A stretch of DNA of 37,404 nucleotides from Octopus bimaculoides (lineage: Eukaryota): assembly GCF_001194135.2 (NCBI RefSeq), contig NC_068985.1:1535079-1572482 (forward strand). The letters run 5' to 3'. The position numbers and the translations under genes were made by a program. Below, piece by piece: positions 1 through 12,780 of the stretch (position 1 is the first letter of the stretch; the number at the start of each line of letters is the position of its first letter). The notes beneath the pieces are model-generated. The model was not told the origin of the DNA, did not search any database, and saw only the letters and a program-made list of their open reading frames with translations.

Positions 1-50
<50 letters not shown>
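1..50. repeat. (TA)n microsatellite
   Basis: Pure AT dinucleotide run at the window start. Confidence 0.98.
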
Positions 51-130
51 CTAGCTAGATAGATATACTTATATACATGTACATACATACATACACATTT
101 ATATACACATATATGCATACACTTTTCAGC

Positions 131-345
131 TTACTCGGAACCTGCAATTAGTGTGGATCTGGCATCTATTAAGTGAAGTGCAATTGGTTTAGTGTTTGTA
201 CCTAGGTGCAGCCTTGAGACTCGTGGTGTATAAAGTTGGATGCTTGCAATCCGTACATGCAGCTGTAATATAAATCCGTCTTTACTTCGGTATGAGCTTA
301 TATGTTCCTCTAATCTTGTTTTGTACAAAATAGCAATTTCACTGG
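131..345 (-). pseudogene. Possible decayed GIY-YIG endonuclease C-terminal fragment of a Penelope-like retroelement
   Basis: Minus-strand translation ...YKTRLEEHISSYR... resembles the KTRxxEH motif of PLE GIY-YIG domains. The downstream match is weak. Confidence 0.3.
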
Positions 346-924
346 TGCTTTACTATTTAAGGGCCTGATTCACTTGAATCTGGAACCTTTACATCTATAT
401 ACATATATATACGTATGTGCACAGGTAACGGTCAGTGATAGTCTTCCTTTGTCATGAGTGGTCAGCCATGAACATCCTTGTGTGTGTGTGTGTCTGTATA
501 ATTACGCAGCGTTTAAGATCAAGATACCCACATAAGTTGTATTTTCTCCGTTTTGACTGGGATTTTTCCAACAAGGTCATTAACGATAGTAATCACCAGG
601 TGTTAGAATTCATTATTAATATACTTCAAAATAAAGCATCAGGTAAATACAGATCAGTAATAAGGAATTGAAATGTCTAAAGAATAAGAAATTGTGTCAT
701 GAATTTCACTAGCTTACAGCAGTTTCTGCAATAAGTTGCAATACGCTTACATTTGAATGCTTGTGTATCATGCTATAGCTTGATCAGAGCTTCAAAAATT
801 GACATCCAATCATATATAGGAAAACATTTACATTTATTTATACATACACACAGAAAGCATTGCCAACAAAAATAGAAAAAACATTAGTGTATGACAAGTT
901 CTTATTCCTTTGTCATTTTAATTC

Positions 925-1055
925 TTTATATATGTGTGTGTGTAAGTATATGCATGTATGCATGCATGTATGTGTGTGTGTGTATGTACGTCCATATATA
1001 TGTATGTACGTATGTATGTACATATGTATGTGTGTATGTATGTATGTATGTATGT
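925..1055. repeat. Compound (TG)/(TATG)n microsatellite
   Basis: Visible TATG and TG arrays. Confidence 0.9.
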
Positions 1056-1895
1056 TAATAAGTGAAAAAATCTTTCAACTTGAATGCATTTAATAGGTTT
1101 ACCTTACTCACACAAACACACAGACACATGTCTATTTAGATATACAAATCTTTAAGAATTTATTTTTGCGTCTCTGGCAACATTTAGCCAAAACACCAGC
1201 AATGGCCACCAATAAACACAATTGGATTCTACACAACCGTCTTCATAAACATTTATTTCTACTTATTTTCAGAAACTCACCATTAAAACGTAACTCAATT
1301 TATAATAGTTAATTCATTTTGGAATTTATCATTGTCTTCTAATGAAAAATAAAAAAAAACTTTAATTTAATATTTTATCTTCATTTTTATATTGTCTTGT
1401 ATTTTGGCGGGGGTTTTTTCTATCTAGTGGTAAAAAGAAAAGATAAAGAAAGAAAAAAATTGTAATAAAATATTCAGGTTAATATTTAGATGACTTTTAT
1501 CTCCAATTTTCTTTTCTTTTAATTTATTTTAATGAATAAATTATTATTTGTCAGATCATCAACAGACAATGGAACTTTTCTGGTGAAATCATATTACCAC
1601 CCATTCTGCTATTCTTCATGTTACATTAAGTTAATTAGATTCTTCAAATTGACAAAAAAAAAAAAAAGGTATCGAACAAGAAAACAAAGAAAGAAAAATA
1701 TACTTGGAGTAATCATCAGCTTTTCTTAGATTCTCCGCTCACAGATTCTACGAAATCTAGCAACAATTGAAATAGAAAAAGTTCACAAAGTAGAAAAAGT
1801 TAGAATGCAATGAGGAAGAGGAGAAAGATGAGATTTCTGACGGAGCCCTTCATCAGAACACAGAGTAACTACTATCAATACCGAATTACATTTAA

Positions 1896-2115
1896 TCCTT
1901 CAACATTCAGATTATTTGGACAAATCTAATCCTTATTTATTCACATTGTTTTGAATTGTTCATACACTATCTTATTGCTTTGAGATTACAATGATGTGAT
2001 TGTTTATTCTTAAAATGACATTGTAAGGTAAGTGTGAGAGGTCAGATCTGGCCAGTTTGAAGATAAAGCAGAGAGAATATTTTGGCTGGATATGGTTAGT
2101 TTAAATGTTGAAGGA
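1896..2115. mobile_element. piggyBac-type MITE (TTAA TSD, 12-bp TIR)
   Basis: TTAA(1892-1895)-TCCTTCAACATT ... AATGTTGAAGGA-TTAA(2116-2119): perfect 12-bp TIR flanked by TTAA, with no ORF. Confidence 0.85.
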
Positions 2116-2220
2116 TTAATAATATAGTCTTTTATCTGCGGTAGAGAGAAGAGGAAGTATGAGTTACAGCTGTAGAAAGAATCAATCGATGATGAAGGAA
2201 ATGGCCGTGTAAAGGGGGGA

Positions 2221-2725
2221 GGTGAGGTGAGGTGTCAGGTGTGGGGTCTGGACATGCACTGTAGCAGCATGTTGCTGCATTCGCCATTTGTTGGTATATT
2301 CCTGGGTCCTCTCAGGCAACCTGTCAAACAGAGCCCCAGTCAGTCATCTCCACAAGATACCTCCACATCTGCTGTGACCATGTGGAATGTGCTCAACGAG
2401 CAAGAACCATCAGCCCAGCTGAATCTTCAGTGAAGAGAACACAGGAAGCAGAGTCTAATTTGGAAAATCAAGCAGCACGGCCAGTCTGAGCTGGCGGCAC
2501 TCTTGAATCATACAAATAAAAGGATGCACCTCAATTTCTAGGTAGAGTCATTGGGTGGATATAAAATCCAATCCAATTGTAACTCCTAATCCTGCAAAAC
2601 ATACTCACACCAAAGAAATTCAGGTGGCCCCCTAAGGGCTCCAGAAAGTGTCTGAGTCTCACAATTATAGATCAAGACAGGAAAGACCAGAGACCTAAAG
2701 ACCCAAAGCTTAGACTTTGATGGCT
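2221..2725 (-). mobile_element. RTE-clade LINE 3' fragment (post-RT C-terminus and 3' tail), decayed
   Basis: Minus-strand translation KSKLWVFRSLVFPVLIYNCETQTL ... AHSTWSQQMWRYL ... YQQMANAATCC matches the RTE C-terminal pattern (KxxVFRSLVLPVLLYGCETWTL ... DAATRC). It ends in an (ACCTC/ACCTG)n tail at 2221-2240 and has several stops and frameshifts. Confidence 0.75.
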
Positions 2726-4481
2726 TTCTTCTTAAATTTAGGTGATAAATTTAGGGATTGTTCAAGAGGTGAGAGTGTAGAAAGGAAAATTGTGTCTAGC
2801 GGTATTATGTGCACACTGTCACACACCACTGTTGTGGAGTGTGAGATTACAAATCCCTTAAAGAGTGGGAGACCTTCACTAATACTGATGGACTGGGTGT
2901 TTTCCTTGTATTCACAAGTGTTGAAAGAACCATGGTACACAATGGCTCCACAAATTAAGAGGCAGTTTTAGATGTGAAGTGGCAAATTGTAATGTCAAAT
3001 TTTAGGTCCAAAGATTGCTTGTGTGATTTTTTTTTTTTGAGATGTCAAGTGTGGCATCAAGAATGGAAAACATGTGTTATGAGAATGAAGGAAGCTGCCA
3101 ACGACTAAAATTGCTCATATTTCTTTTGAAAGAGAAAATGAATTTGAAAGATTGGAGCAGTTTGTGGCTGGGAGGGAAGGAAGTTTATAGCCCAGTGGAT
3201 AAGCCATTGAAGTAGTAATGAAGACAGGTGAAAGGTAGAAGAAAAGAGAGTTCTGGGGGAGAGAATACTAGAGTTGAGGATCTGTCAATGATCTTCATGT
3301 GATGTTCAATATTAATCCACAATAATCCTAGCATGGTCTAAACTCATTATGCGTAAAACAAACCAAAGAACTATAAAGAATCCTAATTTATGTCAGACAC
3401 AGTGTATCTAAAAATTTATTATCCAATGCATCTGTTTATTTTTTAGATAGTAGGAGAGATTTCACTTCTATTTCTAGCAAGTTGAACAATCACATACAAT
3501 TTTGCATTGGACTGAATTGTTTCTTGTTAGATGCCAGAGTATTTTCTACTCTTTTTTGTTTGTTATTTTTTGTGTTGTTTCTTTGTGTGTGTGTGTGCGT
3601 GTTTTGTTTTTTTGTTTTTCTCAAACACAGACTGAGATACTGCACAAAGATATGTACACGATCATCTGTCTTGATTTTGTCATTTGAATTCTTCCTATGA
3701 AAAAGAAAATGGTTTCTTTCTTAGACACAAAGATTCCTCTTCTGAATGTAGACATCAATAACAGAATAGAGACATATGCTGATGGAAGTTCTTGCATGTT
3801 TACACCATTTCTCTGGCAAATTAAACTTGTAGAATATAAGTTAAATGGTCTGTTTCATTACCTGAAAATAACTAATTGTGGTAATGATTATTGCTACAAT
3901 TGTAGATTTATAACCTGGGAAATGAAGATGCGGTTTTCAAACAAGGTGTCCATGTCCTGTGTGCATAAGAATATATGTTTGTATATTCTAGTTTATGTTT
4001 TCAAATTTCATATCTATAGAGAAAAAGCTAGACTCCCCCGATGAAACAAGGTTCTTTTGTTTGAATTTACATATGAACTAGACAGTCATGTATGTATCTG
4101 TGTAAATATGAATATATTCACCATACATATACACAAACATCATTTATGATGGACACATGAATCCTATAGTTTTCCTATACATATGTCTCTTTGTTCATAC
4201 TCCTCTATATTTAGATATTACAAGCTAAACTTCTCAAATGTTTTACATACATTTACAGTTCTCATAATGAGTTATTAGAATAAATTACTAATAACTCATG
4301 TCTTTTCTAGTTTTATGAAATTCAGCTTTACAGAATTTAAGCTGAAGCAGTTAGTTATATAAACCAAAGACCCCAATAATAGAAAATATAAATCTAAAGT
4401 TAGAGTCTGCTGTAATATCTGTAGATTTTTCATTAATTTTGATATGGATAGTTTCCTTCTCTTTTATGTTTAATGTTTTGT

Positions 4482-4529
4482 CCAAGCCATGCTAGCATGG
4501 AAAGCGGATGTTAAATGATGATGATGATG
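4482..4529 (+). mobile_element. 3' tip of an (ATG)n-tailed retroposon (SINE/RTE-type family)
   Basis: CATGCTAGCATGGAAAGCGGATGTTAAATGATGATG is the reverse complement of the ends at 16682 and 26220. Confidence 0.6.
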
Positions 4530-4769
4530 TTGTGAAGGTCGGCTGGATAACAGATTTCCACTACTGTGCACAGTTTCTGTGCATATAATGATGCACATAA
4601 TCACCTGTCTCTGATCATTATGTTTGGTATGTTGTACTTCAATTTTACAGTGGTTTTGACAGGAATGGTCTTCCAGAATTCTTTCTTATTATGATTATGT
4701 ACGTAGGTAGGTGAGTATATATGCATAAATGTATGCAAGTATGTTTGTACATATCTACATATGTATATA

Positions 4770-5470
4770 CGTATGTATGTATGTATGTATGTATGCATGC
4801 ATGTATGTATGTATACATGCAAGCATGTATGTATGTATATTATCATTAAAACATGAAACAAAGATTGAATTGTCTTTGATCTTCAAGTAAAAGGAAGCCC
4901 TCCAGCTCAGCAGGGTAACAGGTTTTATATATGAGTTAACCTTCTCCTAGAGGGATGCCTTGGCAAAGACCAGGGACTCCTCATTTGCAGTGGGCTTATT
5001 GTGCCCTCTGACACCAACCTGAGTATTCCTGGTGCTACCTACTCAATATACATACATATATACATACATACATACATACATACATACATACATACAAACA
5101 TACAAACATACATACATACATACATATATATACACATTACTGGATGGCCACTGACTATTTTGTGTTACTCCTCTCTGTGCAGGATTTTGTTTTTCATCAT
5201 GCAGGATGTCCAATCAATCACCCTTCTCATCAAGCAAGCTATGTGGGGTTACCGGTTTAGTCACTGATGATTCAACCATGCAACAGGATCTACTGGTTGT
5301 GCTTAAGACCAACCTGTCATAATATATAAATAATATATAATATACATACACACACGCATATGTATGTGGGTATGCATGTATGTATGTATGTGTGTATGCA
5401 TGTATGTATTGTGTGTGTATGCATGTATGTGCGTGTGTATGTATATATGTATATATGTGTGTATGTATGA
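4770..5470. repeat. Cluster of (TATG/CATA/TG)n microsatellites with interspersed unique segments
   Basis: Arrays at ~4770-4840, 5045-5135 and 5330-5470. Confidence 0.85.
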
Positions 5471-5957
5471 TTTTCGTTTGAGCTTTATCTAAGTTCTTCC
5501 TGAGAGAGTTTAAGCCGGTCACTAACAAAGCAACAAGAGTTTTTGAGTGAAGAGAGTTCCTGGGGTTTGTAAATATGTGTTTGCATTGGTGTGTTGAGCT
5601 GTGGATGCAGACACCCGATTGTGTGTTCTATTCACATAAGAATCTCAGATGGAGAATTTTTTAGAATGTCTTACAGATCTTCACTGTGCCACTTCAAGAT
5701 TGGATTTGGTGAATCTGAATCATTTTCTTTTGCTCTTTCCCTATGAAACGGAGTATTTCTAGGTTTTTGTGCATCTTTATTGGTACATAACCTAATGCAC
5801 TTGTGATGATAGGTATAAACGAGAGTTCATAATCAAGGTACAAGAGCTATAAAATCCACATTCACCAGAAATGTTCTCTTTTTCCTGGACTTTTGATTGT
5901 ATTAAGGTGTTTGGAAAGTAATTGAGTTTTATCAGAAAAGATATGAAAACAAATGTG

Positions 5958-6400
5958 GATGCCACTCTGGGTTTTGGTTTTGGTACTGGCCTCTCATTAC
6001 ATGATACCCATTGCCTTTTTGGTTTTCTCTTGTAATGCAAAACCCATTTTTCATCACCTGTAACAATGTGCTGCAGCAATGACAGGTTGTCGTCCCTGGT
6101 TAGAAGACTGCTGCAGATGGAACGTTGTGTTTGGTTCTCAAGCAGAACTTCATGTGGAACCCAAATTCCCTTTTTGCATGTCTTCCCAATTTGCTTGAGA
6201 TGTTCATGGATAGTTGAACATGACACATTAGATTTTTGTGCCAAATCTCTGGTGCTTTGATGTCTCTTTCAAGTCTTATGATGTTATCAGCCTCATGTAT
6301 GCAAACTTGGTCAAGAGATGCACTTTGACACTTGGCAGTTAAAAGCTGTTGCTGAAAGGATATGATATGACTTTCAAAGGAATTCTGGATCAATGTTAAG
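5958..6400 (-). pseudogene. mariner (DD34D-family) transposase N-terminal half, 3'-truncated
   Basis: ORFs 6100-6393 (HTH-like HIISFQQQLLTAK) and 5792-6244 (STIHEHLKQIGK..KGIWVPHEV..IVTGDEKWVL..RQWV..PKPKP) carry the WVPHEL and TGDEKW motifs. Similarity stops at ~5958 and there is a frameshift. Confidence 0.9.
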
Positions 6401-6699
6401 TCTCTGCCACCTTATTTTCGTTTTAGGCAGAGGTTGTCTACATCACTGTTTATGTGGAAATTATGTGTCCTTGTTAGTATCTTCTGGGTTTTCATATCAC
6501 TGGCTTGGGTCTCATGAAGCATCCAATCTAGCAGCCCAAATGCTGGTATGAGTACTGGCACTGCAAACCCAGAATGTGGGTTCATCACACTGTGGTAAAT
6601 ACTCATCAACAATTTCGTTAACAGCTTCTAATACCGTATTTGGTGTTTTTTTATTTATTTTGGTAGAGAATACTCTCTTCTCGAGAGAGTACTTCAAAG

Positions 6700-6986
6700 C
6701 CATGTATGTATGCATGTATGTACGTAGTAATGTATGTATGTATGTATGTATGTATATATGTATGTATGCATGCATGCATGTATATATGTATGTATGCATG
6801 TATATATGTATGTATGCATGTATGTATGGACGTATTCATGTATGTATGTATTTGTATGTATGAATGGATGTATGTATGTATGTATATATGTATGTATGTA
6901 TATATGTGTGTATGTATTTGTATGTATATATGTATGCAGTACTTAATATTTTTCTCTTTGTCGTCTTCGCATCTTCATAAAGCTCA

Positions 6987-7052
<66 letters not shown>
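6700..7052. repeat. (TATG)n / (CA)n / (TA)n compound microsatellite
   Basis: Visible arrays. Confidence 0.92.
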
Positions 7053-7057
<5 letters not shown>

Positions 7058-7314
7058 ATCTCTTACTGTGTCTCTCTTGCTTATATAACTTCTTATCTAC
7101 AATTTGCTAACCTACCGGTATTTTTTAAATATAGTTAATGAAATATTTTACGTAATGTAACAAAAAAGAATGCTAATCATGCACGTGAGCAATTCCTTTG
7201 TAGCTGGAAGAAACTGAATGTTGAGCCAAAGATCATTAGCCCAAATCTAATTATTATAATATAGTCTTGCCACAAGTTGATATTGATTGTTTTTCTTTTC
7301 TGATCAAGAATTCC

Positions 7315-9750
7315 ATGGATAAAAATCGTATGAAGAAGAAATTATCTATGTGAGACTCTAAGAAGAAGCAAGAATTTGCAAATCAGCCAAAGAACCATCA
7401 AAATATCAGATACTGGGTGTCCATTTCCATTCGGTATGCACATGGTCGTTCCTGAAGTGGAAACCTCAAATAACATGCAGGTGCTTACTTTCAGGGTGAC
7501 AGCATTCTGCCTGATGCAGATGGTGGAGTGAAGCTTCCACCAGACATCAACCCTTCAGCAGACCAGTGTCCGGAAGACCAAGAGAACAACATAAAACTGT
7601 AATCATTGTCACACGTTGGGGAATAACTAACAGAAAAACACCTGTTTTGTGAAATACCTGTAAAACCTGCTCTCATTTGTGGTCTTGAGTTAGACTCTTT
7701 AAAAAGGTCTGTCAGGTGTTAAAGATAATTGTGGCAGTTCCTCAAAACACAAGACTGAGGTCATTTCAGTGCATCTTGTTACACATTAGAATTTAAAAGT
7801 GGTTGAGAAATGGATGGACACTGATTTGTTTACTCACAAAAAAGCAAACACTGTGTTTTGTTTCACTTCTTGGCCTCTTGTGTATTTTAGTTCAATGTTT
7901 CGAGAGATTCAAAGGTGGTCGAAAGAATTGTCTGAAATGTACAGACATAATTTATAAATAATGGAAAAGTTAAACTCATAAAAGCACAATGAAAGATCTT
8001 TTCTTATCCAAAGCTATTCTGTTGTTGAACAAATGCAGAAAGAGAGAAACAAGCTTATTTTAATTCATATTCAACAGTAGTTCACCAGTTGGGAAAACAA
8101 GGAGTGGCTTTCCATGCCTTTCACGTGTATCAAGATTTTGGTTATCCAAATACAAATGAAATCAATTTACTGAGGTGTTTGCCAAAAATTATACAATACT
8201 GGGGTAAGCTTTATTGCTGAATGATCAAAAGGCAACATGTCTCAGCTCTGAGATGCAAAAAAACTCAATACATTCTTCCTCAGTTCAGGTTTTTACCAAA
8301 ATTATTAGCTGAGATCATTGCAGCAGTCAATTTGTGATAAATGTTATGATCAAAAGAATCGATCAATTATTTTCCTCTTGTGATATGTAACAATGCACAG
8401 TGATGGAGGGGAAAGATTTATACAATCCAGAAAACTATCTGGAGCAAGTGCTGGAGCTTTTTCATATTTCTTCTTTTTCTAACCAAAACCATGGTGCTCT
8501 GAATAGTTATGTCTTATGATTAAGCAAGCTCCATGTCAAATGAAATATCTGGTATCCAAAGACGAGGGAAGTTGCCTGAAAATTTCTTTCTAATTAACCC
8601 AATTGCTCCAATATTCAAATCAAGTTGTTGTTCTTTTACCTCTAGAAAGAATTAGCATTTTTTTTTTCTGGAATCCTTAACACATTTTCCCATATAAAAT
8701 GTAGATCAACACAATCAGATCAAATCTTTTGCTCCAAGAAATTTTGTGCTAGCAGATGGACATCCTGAATGTCAGCAGTGGAGGCAGAACTGTAGCGTTT
8801 GTCATCACTTGTAGCTAGCTTACAAAGAATTTAGGATATGAGCTTGGTCAAATGTAGTCCTAAGCAGTTAACTAAAGTAAAGTGTAAACTGGGAAAATTC
8901 AGGGCTTAGGAAATTTTAGCTGTCTTGATATTCTTGAGTAAAATGTCAGAAAAAACTTATATCTTACAAAAAAGACTAGATCAGATATGGTAATGGCTTC
9001 TCACTTGATTTAGCCTTCTGAAGAGGATACAAAAAAATCTATGAAATGAGTAAGAATTGCAGCTGAAATAAATTGAAAACGAAATAAGTGAATTGGTTTG
9101 AAATTGTGATATTAAAATGGAATACAAGCAGCACAAGATGTGAAGAAAAAAGATGGTATGAGGAAATTTGCTGAGAGTGGAGGAATATTTGATGCTAGCA
9201 ATAAATTCCTGGTTAGATACTGCAAGATGTCTTTGGATTCTATCATAAATGGTGAAAGTAAAAGATTTGAGCATTTTTAAAATGTGGCTTTTAAATTTAG
9301 AGCTCTAAACCCAAAGTAGTTTGGTGATTTCAGAGAATGTGAACAAATTATAATTTTCAGCAGATTAGCTCTCAGTTGCCAGCAACAGTTTATCTAAAAT
9401 CATACCAAAGTTTCATTCAACCAAAGACAAATATACAGAAGCAGGTAGAAAGTGTACTAGCAATAAGGTAAACTGAATAAATGACCAACAATGATGTACT
9501 TAATTTCATAATTAGAAATGAGAGTTACTCTTTTTAATTTCACTTGTCTACATTCTACCACAATTTTCTGGAACAATAATGGGAACGTTTGTAGAATGCA
9601 CCTTTAATCAGCTAGAACATATGAAGTTCAACCTTTGTTCTACAATGGGCAAGGGTAGATTGCTTGGGTTAACTTTACTTTCCATTAAAAAAAAATTGCC
9701 ACTGAAGTGAGTTATGGAAAAATAGATGATGACTTAGCTTTGATAAAATG
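7315..9750 (+). pseudogene. Near-complete degenerate hAT transposase (Tip100 / ZMYM1-like, DUF4371 plus hAT dimerisation domain)
   Basis: Ordered motifs across frames: MDKNRMKKKLS (7315); WMDTDLFTHKKANTVFCF (7811, TTF-zinc-finger-like); LGKQGVAFHAFH (8089); KATCLSSEMQKNSI (8229); MSYD*ASSMSNEISGIQRR (8509, cf. QSYDGASNMSG..GVQ); FCASRWTS*MSAVEA (8742, cf. CxTRW); VECTFNQLEHMKFNLCSTMGKGRLLGLTLLSIK (~9591-9690, cf. ERSFSxLKxIKxxLRSTMxQxRLxxLxLLSIE). Many stops and frameshifts. Confidence 0.85.
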
Positions 9751-9838
9751 AGTCACAGACAAAAGAGATTGTTATTTCTTCAGAGGCGTTTTGCATTGCT
9801 TTGTTCCATTACATACAAATATATACATAGGAACGTTA

Positions 9839-10010
9839 TGGCCAGTCACAGAGTGACCATTGGTTTCACACCTATAAACCCTTAGTAGTAGAGGTAACTT
9901 AGCAGACTCAAATGGTCAAAGGCACACGGCACATAACCTCTCAGAGATGTTAGCCACATACACTAAGCACTTTATAGATGCAAAACCAGTGGTCACTCTA
10001 TGACTGACCA
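9839..10010. mobile_element. MITE with ~28-bp TIRs, probable TA TSD
   Basis: TA-TGGCCAGTCACAGAGTGACCATTGGTTT ... AAACCAGTGGTCACTCTATGACTGACCA-TA, with 3 mismatches. A related fragment lies at 31907-31952 in opposite orientation. Confidence 0.8.
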
Positions 10011-10139
10011 TAACAATTAACTTCCTAAACAATATATTACTGCTTTATTGCTTTATTTAGAAGGTGCTTCTTTTTGGGATATATGAGACATTGACAATAT
10101 ATAAATATCTATATACATATATATATATATATATATATA

Positions 10140-10774
10140 NNNNNNNNNNNNNNNNNNNNNNNNNNNNNNNNNNNNNNNNNNNNNNNNNNNNNNNNNNNNN
10201 NNNNNNNNNNNNNNNNNNNNNNNNNNNNNNNNNNNNNNNNNNNNNNNNNNNNNNNNNNNNNNNNNNNNNNNNNNNNNNNNNNNNNNNNNNNNNNNNNNNN
10301 NNNNNNNNNNNNNNNNNNNNNNNNNNNNNNNNNNNNNNNNNNNNNNNNNNNNNNNNNNNNNNNNNNNNNNNNNNNNNNNNNNNNNNNNNNNNNNNNNNNN
10401 NNNNNNNNNNNNNNNNNNNNNNNNNNNNNNNNNNNNNNNNNNNNNNNNNNNNNNNNNNNNNNNNNNNNNNNNNNNNNNNNNNNNNNNNNNNNNNNNNNNN
10501 NNNNNNNNNNNNNNNNNNNNNNNNNNNNNNNNNNNNNNNNNNNNNNNNNNNNNNNNNNNNNNNNNNNNNNNNNNNNNNNNNNNNNNNNNNNNNNNNNNNN
10601 NNNNNNNNNNNNNNNNNNNNNNNNNNNNNNNNNNNNNNNNNNNNNNNNNNNNNNNNNNNNNNNNNNNNNNNNNNNNNNNNNNNNNNNNNNNNNNNNNNNN
10701 NNNNNNNNNNNNNNNNNNNNNNNNNNNNNNNNNNNNNNNNNNNNNNNNNNNNNNNNNNNNNNNNNNNNNNNNNN
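10140..10774. other. Assembly gap (N run) flanked by (TA)n
   Basis: N bases. Confidence 1.
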
Positions 10775-10806
<32 letters not shown>

Positions 10807-11182
10807 GCATACATACATATATACATACATATACACACACATACATGTGTATGTGCGTATGTATGTATGTGGGGAGGGGTATATATATAGATTTGATGTG
10901 GTTACATACAGGGGGAGAGAGAGAGAGAGAGATAAAGGGAGAGTGAGAGCAGGGGAGGAGAAATGCAATGGGGTGAAAGATAAATGTTCAAGAGATAGAA
11001 ATAGAGCAATGATGTTTTGGGAATGGACACAGACTGCAGGTCACACAGTCAAAGAGATGACACAGCTTTGAAAGACTGCAAATAGGAAAACCATTCAAAC
11101 TGTACTGTCATGCAAGATTGGTCTTTAAACTGGTGTTGAAAGAAATTATGGAAGAATCAATGTTGGAGATGCAAAAGAGAAC

Positions 11183-11226
<44 letters not shown>

Positions 11227-11265
11227 CTATGACGACGATGACGATGATGATGGTGATGGTGATGG

Positions 11266-11296
<31 letters not shown>

Positions 11297-11615
11297 GATG
11301 ATGATGATTATGATGATGATGGTGANNNNNNNNNNNNNNNNNNNNNNNNNNNNNNNNNNNNNNNNNNNNNNNNNNNNNNNNNNNNNNNNNNNNNNNNNNN
11401 NNNNNNNNNNNNNNNNNNNNNNNNNNNNNNNNNNNNNNNNNNNNNNNNNNNNNNNNNNNNNNNNNNNNNNNNNNNNNNNNNNNNNNNNNNNNNNNNNNNN
11501 NNNNNNNNNNNNNNNNNNNNNNNNNNNNNNNTGGTGGTGGTGGTGGTGGTGGTGGTGGTGGTGGTGGTGGTGGTGATGATACGATGATGATGATACGATG
11601 ATGATGATGATGATG
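11183..11615. repeat. (GAT)n / (GGT)n trinucleotide array interrupted by N gap 11326-11531
   Basis: Visible trinucleotide repeats on both sides of the gap. Confidence 0.95.
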
Positions 11616-12200
11616 GTGGTAGTGGTTTTGATAAAGTTGGAATGTTTATGATAAAAATGATGCTGCTGGTGATGATGAAGATAATAGTCGTAAACAGGAG
11701 GATAATGGCGATTATGATGATGATAATCCTGAAGTTAGCAATGACAAAGTTATAATAAGTCAAACAAGAACCTCAACATTGTAGCTCAGCCTGCTGGATA
11801 TTGCTGCAAAATCTCACTCGAATTCCATTAGCTGTATCTTCTTGGAAATGGAGGAGAGATTTCAGACAATGTACCTCAAGAAATGCAATGCCTGAAAGAA
11901 TACGGTAAAGTCTTGGTTGACACCACTTTGAGGGGAGGGAATCTGTCAGAGCAAACTTGAGCCTAAGCAGTGACAGTGATGATGCTAGCGTTTTAAGATT
12001 TGCAAAAGTATTCTGTTTAGCACTTGGGTACAGATATAAGAATTTATCGATGAGTGTGTATGTGTACGTAGTATGTGTGTAGTGTGTGTGTGTGTGTGTG
12101 CATGTGTGTGTGTCTGTAGTGTTTGTGTGTGTATGTATGTGACTGTATATATATACATACATACATACATACATACACACATACATACATGCATACATGC

Positions 12201-12232
<32 letters not shown>

Positions 12233-12668
12233 NNNNNNNNNNNNNNNNNNNNNNNNNNNNNNNNNNNNNNNNNNNNNNNNNNNNNNNNNNNNNNNNNNNN
12301 NNNNNNNNNNNNNNNNNNNNNNNNNNNNNNNNNNNNNNNNNNNNNNNNNNNNNNNNNNNNNNNNNNNNNNNNNNNNNNNNNNNNNNNNNNNNNNNNNNNN
12401 NNNNNNNNNNNNNNNNNNNNNNNNNNNNNNNNNNNNNNNNNNNNNNNNNNNNNNNNNNNNNNNNNNNNNNNNNNNNNNNNNNNNNNNNNNNNNNNNNNNN
12501 NNNNNNNNNNNNNNNNNNNNNNNNNNNNNNNNNNNNNNNNNNNNNNNNNNNNNNNNNNNNNNNNNNNNNNNNNNNNNNNNNNNNNNNNNNNNNNNNNNNN
12601 NNNNNNNNNNNNNNNNNNNNNNNNNNNNNNNNNNNNNNNNNNNNNNNNNNNNNNNNNNNNNNNNNNNN
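12233..12668. other. Assembly gap (N run) flanked by (TA)n
   Basis: N bases. Confidence 1.
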
Positions 12669-12709
<41 letters not shown>

Positions 12710-12780
12710 TTAGCTTTGAAATACATCGTACATATTCAAAGAACTTTCTTGGTTTAGTGGTACGGAATATTCTTCTGGTA

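Noticed and set aside
2725-3300. Possible LINE endonuclease remnant on the minus strand (VYHGSFN, ILVVGSF)
   Set aside because: Only loose resemblance to the GDFN motif; no other AP-endonuclease motifs are recognisable.
3697-4044. 115-aa plus-strand ORF (MKKKMVSFLDTKIP..)
   Set aside because: No recognisable motif or splice context, and its length is compatible with chance. The resemblance to a PLE RT thumb (FLD) is too weak.
11820-11910. Possible plus-strand exon ending ACG|GTAAAG
   Set aside because: Weak acceptor, unrecognisable peptide and no partner exons.
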